Below are positions 26,630 to 39,371 of a DNA stretch of 64,000 nt, one piece after another. The stretch's first letter is position 1; each line of letters starts with the position of its first letter. The DNA is from Octopus bimaculoides (Eukaryota): assembly GCF_001194135.2 (NCBI RefSeq), contig NC_068993.1, forward strand, positions 56,907,741-56,971,740, written 5' to 3'. The notes beneath the pieces were generated by a model. The model did not search any database. It saw only the letters and a list, made by a program, of their open reading frames with translations, and was not told where the DNA came from. Made by a program: the position numbers and the translations under genes.

Positions 26630-27030
26630 TCTTTATCCACAATACTCCAAGAGACACTAATCTGAGCTTTAATTAGAGATTGCCATCATTTTACAGCTCA
26701 ATCAATTCGGTACTTTATTTATTTATTTATTTTTTGTCTGTTTAGAGTTCGTTTAGAACAGATCTGATAATAATGTAACGAACATATTTTTGAACAACTC
26801 GGTATTGTATTCTGTATCTATATCTGGGAATTTCTTTACTTGCAGTGCGTTAAAATGCTCAGAAATCAATAGTATTTTCATTCCCCTTTCTATTATGTAT
26901 TGCAACCACATATAGAAATATGGCTACGTTGCCTACCCTCACTTTGACAGCATGAGATTTAAAACTCATCCCTTACAGCATTCATCTTGTCAATGAAAGC
27001 TAAAGCAATGTTTCCAGTTGTGCATAGCAT
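26630..27030. repeat. Old unclassified interspersed repeat, copy 2
   Basis: Co-linear similarity to 18380-18820. Confidence 0.65.
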
Positions 27031-27551
27031 GTTGAAATTTATCTTGTTTAAATGTTCAAAGATGGCAAGAAAATAACACAAATTTGTAGATTCTTATAGA
27101 AGAATCTCACAAACATACATGATTTGGTTGAAATATTATATAAAAGAAAACCTCCAAAGACTAAATATCTATCATATTCTAAATAACATGATGTTTCTAC
27201 AGAATTCGTGCTAGACACCTTGTACATTTATAATCCAGTCGAACGGTGGTCGGTGACAAGGTGGGATCTCTTCTCCGTTTGCTAGATTAAATATATGATT
27301 AAAAATATATGAACCTGTTAAAGGGCAGAAGAACATGTGACAGAGATGCCAACAATAAGTTGAAAGGGAAAAGGCTCCACCAAGTTATTTGCGTACTGAA
27401 AAAAATACATGATTATGCAACTAAGATAACTCAAATCCCGGAATTATAGAGAAGGTGAAAGACCGGGGGAAAATGAAGGAAATGGTTGAAGTCTCTTACG
27501 GTGCATCTATTATTTCTTTGGGTCATGGACTTTAATATGACATTCCGACAC

Positions 27552-27775
27552 AAGGCGGCGAGTTGGCAGAATAGTTAGCACACCAGGTAAAATGCTTAGC
27601 GGTATTTCGTCCGTTCTTCCGTTCAAAGTTCAAGTTCCGCCGAGGTCGACATTGCCTTCCAGCCTTCCGATGTCGATAAAATAAGTTCCTATGGAGCATG
27701 GAGCACTGGGGTCGATGTAAACGACTTACACCTTCCCCCGATATTGATGGCATTGTGCCAAAATGTGAAACCAAT
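27552..27775 (+). mobile_element. SINE family B, near full length
   Basis: AAGGCGGCGAGTTGGCAGAATAGTTAGCAC head, GTTCAAGTTCCGCCGAGG B-box-like motif, ending 'ccaaaatgtgaaacc'. Confidence 0.9.
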
Positions 27776-28464
27776 ATGTTATTCCAATAATAAAGACTCT
27801 GCGTGATGGCCGATCTGCTAGAAATAGAAAGCAGCACCTCCTCAAACTACACCTTAGTTCCTTGCCAAAGAAAAGAAAAGAAAAAAAAACAAAACAAAGA
27901 ACTTATTTCTCAGAAACAATTAGCCAACAACAATGGAAGTGAAAGTACCAACCCACCACCTCCATCACCACAACGCCATCAGCAACTACAATAAAATTGT
28001 TGAGCAAAACCGGTGAACCCTAAATGTTTATAATCGACTCGATAGAAATAGTAGCCAGTTCTCCTCACTGTCTTTGAAAATCGGAACAACGCAATGCATA
28101 ATCGATTTCTGGATCCGAGAAATACTAAGACTACATAAATATCGCAACTCACAAGAAAAAACTTCAAAGATGATATATCATCATAGCATTTCTTATAGAA
28201 TCTTCTCTTATGAACAACTTCGTGAAAGCTTTAGAATTAGACTTCCAGTTTCCCATCAGTAAAACACAACCATGTTCCAAGACTGATTCCAATATGAGAG
28301 AACTGCTAACATATATCGGATAATATTCTTTGCACACATACAGACATAAAAAGAAGAGATCAAGAGAAAATAGCCCCGAAATCAAAGACTTTGCAGCAGA
28401 CATCAAACTACGTATGTATGGACATGTTCCAGCCGCTAACGCAAATAGCTATCATTTCCTCAGT

Positions 28465-28553
28465 AACAACAACAATAACAACAACAGCAGCAAAAACGAC
28501 AACGACGACGACAACAACAGCAGGAGCTGCTGCTGCTGCTGCTGCTGCTGCTG

Positions 28554-28612
<59 letters not shown>
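28465..28612. repeat. Compound (AAC)n-(CTG)n-(CTA)n microsatellite
   Basis: Direct read of the sequence. Confidence 0.9.
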
Positions 28613-28698
28613 GCCACTTACCAAGTGAAATATTATCATTGTTAGTTAAGCACATCTGGTGTTATGTTTCGACGCTATTATGAAAATAGAGGAATTTA

Positions 28699-28942
28699 CC
28701 TGTAAAAATATTTGACACTTATTCAGTAGACATGAAAAAACTCTGAGTTTCAGATGCCAGGGTGGGAGCGCACGCCAACATCTCTTCAGTTATCTGGCCA
28801 TTGAAAATTCCTGTGAAAACTTTTTTACAGGAATTTTCAATGGCCGGATAACTAAAGAGATGTTGGCGTGGGCTCCCACCCTGGCATCTGAAACTCAGAG
28901 TTTTTTCATGTCTACTGAATAAGTGTCAAATATTTTTACAGA
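28699..28942. repeat. 242-bp near-perfect palindrome (28700-28941), probable TA-flanked MITE
   Basis: 28700-28819 is the reverse complement of 28822-28941 with 4 mismatches and no indels. TA at 28697-28698 and 28943-28944. Confidence 0.9.
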
Positions 28943-29074
28943 TATATATATATATAAATTCTAGTGTACAGAAAGTCTACCACAAATTAATGTAAAATTT
29001 CCTCTATAATTGTATTTGGAATGGTGCTGTGACTAGGCCGTATACTCACTTATAAATAGACATATACTTAGACA

Positions 29075-29080
<6 letters not shown>

Positions 29081-29123
<43 letters not shown>

Positions 29124-29133
29124 NNNNNNNNNN

Positions 29134-29173
<40 letters not shown>

Positions 29174-29344
29174 GGAGTGAGAGAGGGCAGGGAGAGAGAG
29201 ACAGACAGACACGCACACACACACATACACGTACCGTGCGAAAGAGAGCGTTCGAGATTGGTGTTGGCCGGAGAAGAACGTTGTAAAAGGAGGAAGAAAT
29301 AGAGAGATGAAGTGAAGCAAAGAGAAATTAAACATCCACATAGA

Positions 29345-29422
<78 letters not shown>

Positions 29423-29500
29423 GAGAAAAGGGTGAGAGGGTGAGGGAGAGAGAGGAAGAGAGTGAGGGAGGGAGAGAGAGATAGAAAAGGAAATAAAGAC
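29081..29500. repeat. (GA)n arrays
   Basis: Direct read of the sequence. Confidence 0.9.
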
Positions 29501-29739
29501 AGTGAGAGAGATAGGAATAAAAGAGGGAGGAATAGAGAGTGTCGGTCCGAAGAGACAGTTAGTCGCAATCGTCTTGGAGATTAGATATCTAAACTTTGTC
29601 GAGTGGAGAGCAGAATTCAATCATGTCACGCGCTACTTCCAAATTGTGGTTTGAAGCATTGATTGGCTCATTAGGCTTTTCTTTGAGATCCAAATGTCTG
29701 ATGTGGTTATTGACCACGAATGAGGAATAGTACTACTAT

Positions 29740-29812
29740 TACTAATAATAATAATAATAATAATAATGATGATGAAGATGATGATGACGATGACGATGAT
29801 GATGATGTCATG

Positions 29813-29864
<52 letters not shown>

Positions 29865-29942
29865 TAATAATAATAATAGCGCTGTTTATCTTGATGGGTA
29901 TACTGGGCTTCGTATATTTTACGTTAGTCTCACTTTCATGGC

Positions 29943-29998
<56 letters not shown>

Positions 29999-30000
29999 TC
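29740..30000. repeat. (TAA)n/(TGA)n arrays, followed by a SINE B tail fragment (about 30031-30080, minus strand)
   Basis: 'ttctttattggccacagggg' matches 161-180. Confidence 0.8.
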
Positions 30001-30394
30001 TTATTATTTTTATTATTTTATTATTATTATTTCTTTATTGGCCACAGGGGCTGCCAAAATATTTTAGGACAATACAAAGACAACGTTTTGATTATGAAGA
30101 TTTACATAAATTCGTATAAAGGATTTAAAAAAAAGTAATTATGATGAACAAAAAAATTAAGGCAACATCATTGGTTAACAAGAGGTACATGCTACCCAGG
30201 ATCAACCATAGAACAATTACGTACCTTGAGTCACCCTGCTTACGAGATATGTCATACCAAGCGCTCCTTTCCTCCCCCGTACTTTTCATCATACAGCCCA
30301 TACTTAAAGTGGGTCTATTCACTTGGGCCATTCTTTCTAATTTCACCCCCTAATTTACAAATTTATTTGGGAGCAGAACCTACCTCTCCACCCT

Positions 30395-30754
30395 CACTTT
30401 CGAGTGAAATAGAACTAACACGTTCCGATGAATCGCTAGATAACGTGAAAATACGCAGGGGTATTTTTTCAAGGTGACACGTTTTCTCCGTTGCTCTGAC
30501 AAGTATATTAAGAGAATCCAGACCTGCCTACGAGTTTATGAAAACCACGACAAGCATAACTCATCTACTTTATATGAATGACCTCCTTGCGGTGGGGAGG
30601 TTGTCTCCCTTGTCAGTAGATAGAACATGTGCTTTTGAGGCTAAAGAGTCTATAACTCTTATTTCTAGCAATGCTGGTACCTCCAGCACCCTGTTCACTG
30701 TTAATGACGGTGAATTATTTCCTTTTCGATTTTAAATTGCGTCTAGCCACTTTA

Positions 30755-30833
<79 letters not shown>

Positions 30834-31630
30834 TTCTTCTATATATTTAATGCGATAGAACTGGATTCTCTAATCCAATCAAGGAGACATAGGAATGCAG
30901 TTTCGGATAGATAAATGTGCACTATTAATTATGAATGGAGGCTGTAAGATAAAGCCTGATGGCATAAAATTATCACAACATCATTAGATCGTTGCGGAAT
31001 AATGAGGGATAAATATACTTAGGACTGAAGCAAGACGATAAGATAATGGATAGAGAAATGAAAAAGTCACTAAAGAGTCCAAGAGGAGAATTAGGAAGGC
31101 ACCGAAAACGAAAATAAATGGAGGGAAATCATTAAAGCTATAGATATATGGGATATAATAATACTAAGATACCCTTCTCCCTTTCAAAGACACCCTGCTC
31201 TCTTTCGTAACGTCGTGCTGTAGAACATGGACAGAAGAAACGGACAGCTGCTAACGAGGGCCAACGCACTCTGTCGCAAAAATAATACTGATCGACTCTA
31301 TCTGCCAAGAAAAGAAGGTGGTGGACAGTTACTAAACGCAAGACGATGTCGTTACTGAGATACTTACTGGGTCTCAAAAATTGTGGTGTGCAGAGTAAGG
31401 GGAGAATACTTTCGGTAGGGAGAGATACCAAAAAAACAAAAAACAAAGGGGGCTGAAAGAGTAGAAGAATTCAAAGAGAAAAACGGAGAATAGCAAAATA
31501 AACAAATGAAAAAAGAAACGAAAAGAAATTGCATGGCCAATTCCTGCAACAAGTCGCGATTGTTGGAAATGAAGAGAGCTGGCTTTAGCAGACGGACGGG
31601 GGAACTTTAAAGGAGACACAGAAACGCTGT
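30395..31630 (+). mobile_element. R4/Dong-clade non-LTR retrotransposon remnant (RT domains to C-terminal region)
   Basis: Co-linear motifs NVKIRRGIF-QGDTFSPL, ITHLLYMNDL, DIGMQFRIDKCALLIMNGG, KYLG, DRLYLPRKEGGG, LHGQFLQQ. Frameshifted, with an insert at about 30587-30836 ending in (CTA)n. Confidence 0.85.
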
Positions 31631-31631
31631 T

Positions 31632-31940
31632 CGAACAAATCTACCCCAGGACTTATTTTGTTAATGTCTAATACTTATTATGCTAGTCTCTTTTGCGAAC
31701 TTTTAAGTAACGAGGCCGTAAACAAACCAACACTCTTTCTTGAGTGTTAGTGCCCCCCCCCCCCTAAATATACGATGGGCTTCCACACAGTTTCTGTCTA
31801 GAAAATTCCCTCACAAAGAATTGGTAGGTCGGCTGGCGGCTATAGTAGAAGACACTTGCCCAATGTGCCATGCAGTGGAACTAAACCCGAAACTAGATTG
31901 GATAGCGGCAAAACAAGCTGCTTTGATGCACAGCCATGCC
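31632..31940 (-). mobile_element. SINE family A, diverged, abutting the R4 remnant
   Basis: 'aaatctaccccaggacttatt..tatagtagaagacacttgcccaatgtgccatgcagtgg'. Confidence 0.8.
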
Positions 31941-33206
31941 TATAATTATTTCTTTAAAAACATCGAAAAGAAATATTAAGCTATTTACTTAATTTACAAT
32001 AGAGTTGCACCTACTTGGGTGTAGTAATAAGAAGTCTTGAGCGTATACAACCGAAACTTAGTGAAATTAACAATGAAGATTAGACAACACTGACAAATAC
32101 ATAGTATAAAAATGCCTCATTTCAAGACATAGAATCTTATTGTATACTAAAAGGTTGGAAAAAAATGCAAATAGAATTGCGAAATCATTATTATGAACTT
32201 CTTTTGGAGAATACCACGTTTGTCCAGGGAAATATTTACGTTATAAACAGTCCAAATAATTTTACGTACGCAAACCATATATTTTCATGTGACACCATTG
32301 AAACATTTCGGGAGAGTGTTTTGTATTTTGTAGTGATATAACAAGAGTATTCTGTTAATATTTTATGATTTATATTATTGCAGACTGGTGGGTTTTTAGT
32401 TCTTTTAATTATTAAGTTTCAACACCATTTCGAATAGGCATATAATAGCAGGAATTAGTTCTCAAGAACAAAATCACTGAATGTATTTAATTTCCACATG
32501 TAAGATACTTACGTAAATTTGTAATTACCACAGCATGAAATAGAATTTTCGAAACATAACAAGATTTGTATTGATAAATATGATGCACAGTTGATTATAA
32601 TTCATAAACAATGAGAACCGTTAGCACATAACCAGAGAAAACATATCACATACGTATGCATATTTAAAATATAATAAATCAGTTAGTTTACGTTGTTGTG
32701 TATTTCTCTTTTTAACAAAGCAATTATTTACATTTTCGATTTTTCTTTTTTTGTTTATATAGTAATTATGAGGAATACAATTACAGACGAAGGATTCCGT
32801 ATTGTTGAGTGGGAAATCGAATCCACGTGTCTAATAATGTAGAGACATGTAATAGAGGTAGGTGTTCATCGTGGTAGTGATGATGACACTATATTATTAC
32901 ACACTCGTTTCTTTCTTCAGGGTAACAAATTCCAATATATATAGATTGTACATTAATATACTTATACACAAATATATAACATATATGTATCAAATACATA
33001 TATAATTATGTGCGGCATATGTATGTATGTATATATGTATGTATATGTTTGTATGTATGTTTGTATGTATGTATCTATCTATGTATGTATATATATGTTT
33101 GTATGTATATATATGTGTGTTTGTGTGTTTGTGTGTGTATAGTTTATATATATATATATANNNNNNNNNNNNNNNNNNNNNNNNNNNNNNNNNNNNNNTA
33201 TATAGT

Positions 33207-33268
33207 GGCAGGTGTGGCTGTGTTGTAAGAAGCTTGCTTCCTAACCACATTGTTCTGGGTTCAAGTTC
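33207..33268 (+). mobile_element. SINE family A, head only
   Basis: 'ggcaggtgtggctgtgttgtaagaagcttgcttcctaaccacattgttctgggttcaag'. Confidence 0.7.
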
Positions 33269-33368
33269 TAAGAACATGGACTATTCTATTTGCAAATTAG
33301 GTCGCTAGTACAAGAGAAATCACGAGAAATAAAGTGTGTTTATAAACACTTGCTTATACTTGCGTCTC

Positions 33369-33737
33369 AGTGAAGGCGCAATGGCCCAGTGGTTAGGGCA
33401 GCGGACTCGCGGTCATAAGATCACGGTTTCGATTCTCAGACCGGGCGTTGTGAGTGTTTATTGTGCGAAAACACCTAAAGCTCCACGAGGCTCCGGCGGT
33501 AGTGGTAGTAGTGGCGAACACTGCTGTTCTCTTTCACCACAACGTTCTCTCACTCTTATTTACTGTTTATGTTGTGCCTGTAATTCAAAGGGTCAGCCTT
33601 GTCACACTGTGTCACGCTGAATATCCCCGAGAACTACGTTAAGGGTACACTTGCACGTTAATTTCAAGAGCAGGCTGTTCCGTTGATCGGATCAACTGGA
33701 ACCCTCGACGTCGTAAACGACGGAGTGCCAACAACAA
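33369..33737 (+). mobile_element. SINE family C, full length with 14-bp TSD
   Basis: tRNA-like head GAAGGCGCAATGGCCCAGTGGTTAGGGC, short (AAC) tail, and TSD TATACTTGCGTCTC at 33355-33368 and 33738-33751. Confidence 0.93.
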
Positions 33738-33824
33738 TATACTTGCGTCTCCAAAGCAAGAAACTCTTTGTAACTCATATCTTTAATCTATGTACATTAA
33801 ATTATATATATCCTCACACACACA

Positions 33825-33861
<37 letters not shown>

Positions 33862-34348
33862 TCACACATCTACAATAAATATATATATAAATATATACAG
33901 CATACAGGTGGACAAACGGAAAAGAGAAAGCTAGAAGATATCTCTATTCATGTAAGCAGACAAACGAAGTGGAGAAGATGGCATAAATCTATTCATAAGA
34001 TTTGCAACTATTGTCTTAAATTTCACTTTTCATGATGAAGTTGTGTAGAAATAATGCGAAACGTTCAATGGAAACTGAAAGTATTTGCATATCTAATTGG
34101 CAATGAAATACCATTAGGGTTAACCAGAACTAGTGAAAGCTATTCATAATTTCTCATTGAATCACAATAGAAAATTATCTCTCCAAATCGAACTACGGAG
34201 ATAATTATGCTGTAAGCCTACCAGGATAGCTGAATTGGAGATCTCCACTCACAGATACACACATCTACTTATACACACTAATATAATACATCTTTACATA
34301 TATAATAAGCAATATATATATATATATATGCATGTATATAGCCATATT

Positions 34349-34384
<36 letters not shown>

Positions 34385-34425
34385 ACTACATGTACAAATA
34401 TGTACCTAAATGTATATATATATAC

Positions 34426-34498
<73 letters not shown>

Positions 34499-35059
34499 TA
34501 TGTATCTGAAAATATTTTCTATACAACTTGGACTTTTATCGGTTGCGGACTGAAGAATCCAACGATTTTGCTTGGCTCTTTCCAGCAGTGTCGAATAGAA
34601 TTGTTGCTGCCTGGGAATGGCTGGGTCTTTTGGACCAAATCGCAGCACGGTATTTGTTTTTCTGTTTTTATATTTGCTTCTTCTGTCGATACAGACAGTC
34701 ACGTCGCAAAAAATGGCGACTACTCTTATTCATCAATACAACCAAATCACCAGTTTGAAGGCGGTTGATATAGCGAGAAGCTAGAAATAACGGAACGCAG
34801 TAGGTAAGTGTATTCTTGTATTCAATATAACTGAAAGGCTCATAATTTCAATACGCTGAGTTACACGCTTCCGATTTTTGAACACGTAAACCGAGCCTGT
34901 TTTTCTTTGGAATAATAGAGTGAGCTCAGAGTGAATACAAAACGCGTAGGGATGGATCTCATAGTGTTTGTAAAGATTTTCATTCCACATGTAATAGAAT
35001 ACATATATTAAAACCAGTATATGTTCATAAACCAAAACCATTTTGTGGGAATCGAAATG

Positions 35060-35450
35060 CAAGCCCTCAAAATCAATGATGTGAAATTATCGAGTGACTT
35101 TCTTATGTAAACCCAAAAAGGATATGTCGGATATTATTGACATAAGGCCACGAGATGAAAATATGTGTTGTATTTGATGTAGGAAGTCCATTCGATCCCA
35201 GAGTAAAAATAGAGGGAAATAAAAAGGAGAGTATTAGGACAAGAAGTATGAAAACATCATGTACCTTGAACAAAGAAGTTAATAAGTTCGTGATGAACCT
35301 GATAATGATTGGAGACTAGGGATTAGTGACAAAAATATCTGGGAACACACATAAAAAGCGTTGATCTTATATGAGTGTAGGAACAGTGCAGAAAATATGT
35401 CCACTAGGTACACAACAAGAAATGTCCTTAATACAAATAAGAACTAATAT
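35060..35450 (+). mobile_element. R4/Dong LINE 3' remnant (restriction-like endonuclease region)
   Basis: Reads ..DIID..ICVVFDVGSPFDPRVK..MIGD*GLVTK..SVGTVQKICPLGT, matching the R4 'PDI..IDVA.P.D.RV..IGALG..QK..LLGT' pattern. Confidence 0.7.
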
Positions 35451-35477
35451 GCCGAGTAAGGAAATGCTCTTTGATAT

Positions 35478-35833
35478 CGTGGCATTCCGTCGGTTACGAC
35501 GACGAGGGTTCCAGTTGATCCGATCAACGGAACAGCCTGCTCACGAAATTAATGTGCAAGTGGCTGAGCACTCCACATACACGTGTACCCTTAACGTAAT
35601 TCTCGGGGATATTCAGCGTGACACAGTGTGACAAAGCTGACCCTTTGAAATACAGGCACAACAGAAACTCAGGAAGTAAGAGTGAGAGAAAGTTGTGGTG
35701 AAAGAGTACAGCAGGGTTCGCCACCATCCCCTGCCGGAGCCTCGTGGAGCTTTAGGTGTTTTCGCTGAGAATCGAAACCGCGATCTTATGACCGCGAGTC
35801 CACTGCCCTAACTACTGGGCCATTGCACCTCCA
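35478..35833 (-). mobile_element. SINE family C, full length with 11-bp TSD
   Basis: Reverse complement of the 33369 copy. TSD CTCTTTGATAT at 35467-35477 and 35834-35844. Confidence 0.93.
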
Positions 35834-35983
35834 CTCTTTGATATAGAAAGTACAAGATGCCCTTCCTCCGAGATCACATTAGCAAGGATGATTAAAAGGA
35901 GCAGAACATCAATTCCCTAAAACGTAATGGCATATAAAAAGCAGCAACTACAACAACAACAACAACAACAACACCGATAATAA

Positions 35984-36185
35984 TCCATTCTACAATAGAT
36001 ACAGGGGCTGAAATATGGGGGCAGGGAGCGAGTCAATTATACTGATCCCAGTACCTGACTGAGACTTATTTTATCGACCTCCGAAGTAAGAAAATCAAAG
36101 TCGACCTCGGCGGAAGAATTTGAACTCGGAACGTAGCGGCAGACGAAATACCGCTAAGCATTTCGCCCGGCATGCTAACGATATC
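35984..36185 (-). mobile_element. SINE family B
   Basis: Matches 39372-39582 and is preceded by (AAC)n. Confidence 0.85.
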
Positions 36186-36550
36186 AGTGCATATATACAC
36201 ACACTCTCTCTCACACAGACATATATACACACAGACATATATACACACACATACACACACACACACATTCACATATTCATACACACAGAAATACACACAC
36301 ACACGAATATATATATATATATACAGAGAGAGAGAGATAGAGAGAGAGATACAGATATGTAGATATATATATATTTACACAAATATTCATACACACATTT
36401 TTGCACATACAACGTATTATATCTGGCTTTGATGAATTTTCACGTCATGACACCCCCAAGAAAACACGTTCTTTTAACGGAATCATCACGATCTCGACTC
36501 TAAAGTTAAACGTATTCATGCATAACATTATACATGCTTATATACATACA

Positions 36551-36584
<34 letters not shown>

Positions 36585-37686
36585 TANNNNNNNNNNNNNN
36601 NNNNNNNNNNNNNNNNNNNNNNNNNNNNNNNNNNNNNNNNNNNNNNNNNNNNNNNNNNNNNNNNNNNNNNNNNNNNNNNNNNNNNNNNNNNNNNNNNNNN
36701 NNNNNNNNNNNNNNNNNNNNNNNNNNNNNNNNNNNNNNNNNNNNNNNNNNNNNNNNNNNNNNNNNNNNNNNNNNNNNNNNNNNNNNNNNNNNNNNNNNNN
36801 NNNNNNNNNNNNNNNNNNNNNNNNNNNNNNNNNNNNNNNNNNNNNNNNNNNNNNNNNNNNNNNNNNNNNNNNNNNNNNNNNNNNNNNNNNNNNNNNNNNN
36901 NNNNNNNNNNNNNNNNNNNNNNNNNNNNTATATGTATATATATAGGTACGTGTGTGGGGCTTTTTGTGTGTGCTGGATAAACATAATTTGGATGTGGCTA
37001 TGTGTCTCTCTATATAAGAATTTTTTTTTATAAATATAAATTTCTTATTACTTTTATGAAAACAAATGTTGTAAGTGATGAAAGAAACTTTATACCATCA
37101 TTATCATTCGGGATCGAACCACACTTCCTTGCACTGTAATCAACATTTTAATCACATATCATTGAGAAAGGATGCGAGACAGTTCTAAGTAGAACCTGCG
37201 ATAGAAAATCGAAACAGGGTCACTATGTTGGCTGTCTAATTATCTTGTAGAAACACAGGAAAGACACTGACAACATATGACTAATGAAATCGCAGGAAAA
37301 AAATATTTCCTTTCTGTTACCTGAGATGAAAGAATTGTTAGGCGCTATAATCTCCAATAACACACATTTACAGTCACGTGCAAAAGTGTATAGTTATTAT
37401 GCTTGTTTGCTTCTAGGTCAAGTCATACATAAAAAAAAAAAAGAATGTGATGACATTAAATTAAAGCATTACTCAGTATTGCTCTGTGTTGTATATATGA
37501 TCACTTACTTTCTCAACGTAAGTTGTGACAATGGCACCGAAGTTTCGGTTTACTTGCCCTCATTACACACTTTCGTAGTCAACGTCAATTGTTTCCTTAT
37601 ACACATAACACACGCACACAAACACATACACACACACGTACACACGCACACACGTACACACGCATGCACACACAGAAGCTTACGTA

Positions 37687-37784
<98 letters not shown>

Positions 37785-37939
37785 NNNNNNNNNNNNNNNN
37801 NNNNNNNNNNNNNNNNNNNNNNNNNNNNNNNNNNNNNNNNNNNNNNNNNNNNNNNNNNNNNNNNNNNNNNNNNNNNNNNNNNNNNNNNNNNNNNNNNNNN
37901 NNNTATGTATATATACTTACTTGGAAATGAATGCTGCTG

Positions 37940-38155
37940 ATGTTGGTGTGTTTATGTCCCGTAACCAACCGGTTGGACAAAAGTGTTCGATAGAATAAGT
38001 ACTGGGCTTACAAAGAATAAGTACTGGGCTTACAAAGAATAAGTGCTAGGGTCGATTCTTTCGACTATATTCTTTTGTTCTTTTATTCTTTTACTTCTTG
38101 CAGTCATTTGAGTGTAGCCATGCTGGAGCAGCGCCTTTTAGTCGGAGTAATCGAT
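37940..38155. mobile_element. Second tail-to-tail pair of SINE A 3' fragments (+ about 37940-38068, - about 38070-38155)
   Basis: The + part has a tandem duplication of the 22-mer 'gaataagtactgggcttacaaa'. The - part starts with the 'attcttttattcttttactt' tail. Confidence 0.75.
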
Positions 38156-38246
38156 GTCTGAGAATGTTAATAAGGAAATACAAATACATACGTAAAAATA
38201 AACATGCATTTACTCTTGCTGTGTAAATAAAAATATTGGTTAAAGC

Positions 38247-38370
38247 ATTCTTCTTCTTCTTCTTCTTCTTCTTCTTCTTCTTCTTCTTCTTCTTCTTCTT
38301 CTTCTTCTTCTTCTTCTTCTTCTTCTTCTTCTTCTTCTTCTTCTTCTTCTTCTCCTTCTTCTTCTTCGTC
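38247..38370. repeat. (TTC)n microsatellite
   Basis: Direct read of the sequence. Confidence 0.95.
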
Positions 38371-39273
38371 TTCGTCCTCCTCCTCGTCCTCTTTCTCTCG
38401 TCATCTTTCTCTCGTCCTCTTTCTCTCGTCCTCTTTCTCTCCTCCTTCTCCTTCTTCTTAATAGGTATAAATAGTTTAGTTCCACCGCTTAATGTCAACT
38501 TATCAGGTATGTTTAAATCAATTTATCTACGCAAATTAGGAAGAAATGATACGATTATCCACCATTTCTCTGCCTATCAACGCACGTTCTGTTTCAGTAA
38601 TTGGTTTATTAATCGGCGATGTCAACAGAATCATTCATATGCAAATGAGGAAATGGAGAACCCGTTATTCAGTCGGATAAGTGAAAAACAAAAACAAAAG
38701 CCGAAGAATAGCGTTAAAATGTTTAAGTTATTAAATTTGTTTCATCTAAGTTTTCTGTTCTTGTGTAAATAATCTCAGTCATTTAACATTTCAAGAGATG
38801 GGTTTAGACGATGCTACCAAATGCTGTACTGGAAGACTGGTGTTTTAATTTATCGAAGAGTGAAGAGCAAATTTGTACTCGTGCGACGATTTGAAAGCAT
38901 AATATAAACACATGAAACAAATACCGCAGAACATTTGTTCAAATTCTCAGAACCTAGCTATTCTACAGTTAATACAACCTAAACAAAAGAAGCCGCAAAC
39001 ACAAAACACAAACGATACAGCAATTATCCATTGTAATAAACTTCCGCTAGCAAGTTGGGTAACCAGCGCATTGCACATTCAACACACAATACAAGCAGGA
39101 ATGCAATAAATGACTGCACTACGTCCCAACAGGGAGAAACTAAAACAATACAACACTGGGAAGAGTTTGTGCACTCCCAGCAACAGAAAAGAACATACAA
39201 TGCTTCACACAACCCAGCAACACGGAGGTGTAGAAGGTGATGTAGTAGAAATTTGACTCAAACAACCAACTGT

Positions 39274-39276
<3 letters not shown>

Positions 39277-39352
<76 letters not shown>

Positions 39353-39370
39353 CAACAACAACAATAATAA
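39277..39370. repeat. (TAA)n/(CAA)n microsatellite
   Basis: Direct read of the sequence. Confidence 0.95.
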
Positions 39371-39371
39371 T

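Noticed and set aside
37284-37610. About 110 non-repetitive codons at the start of ORF 37284-37940
   Set aside because: No recognisable domain, and the frame runs straight into a microsatellite without a clear donor.
38236-38772. Poly-F, poly-K and poly-R ORFs, and the poly-N/I/Y/D/M ORFs elsewhere
   Set aside because: Translations of trinucleotide microsatellites.
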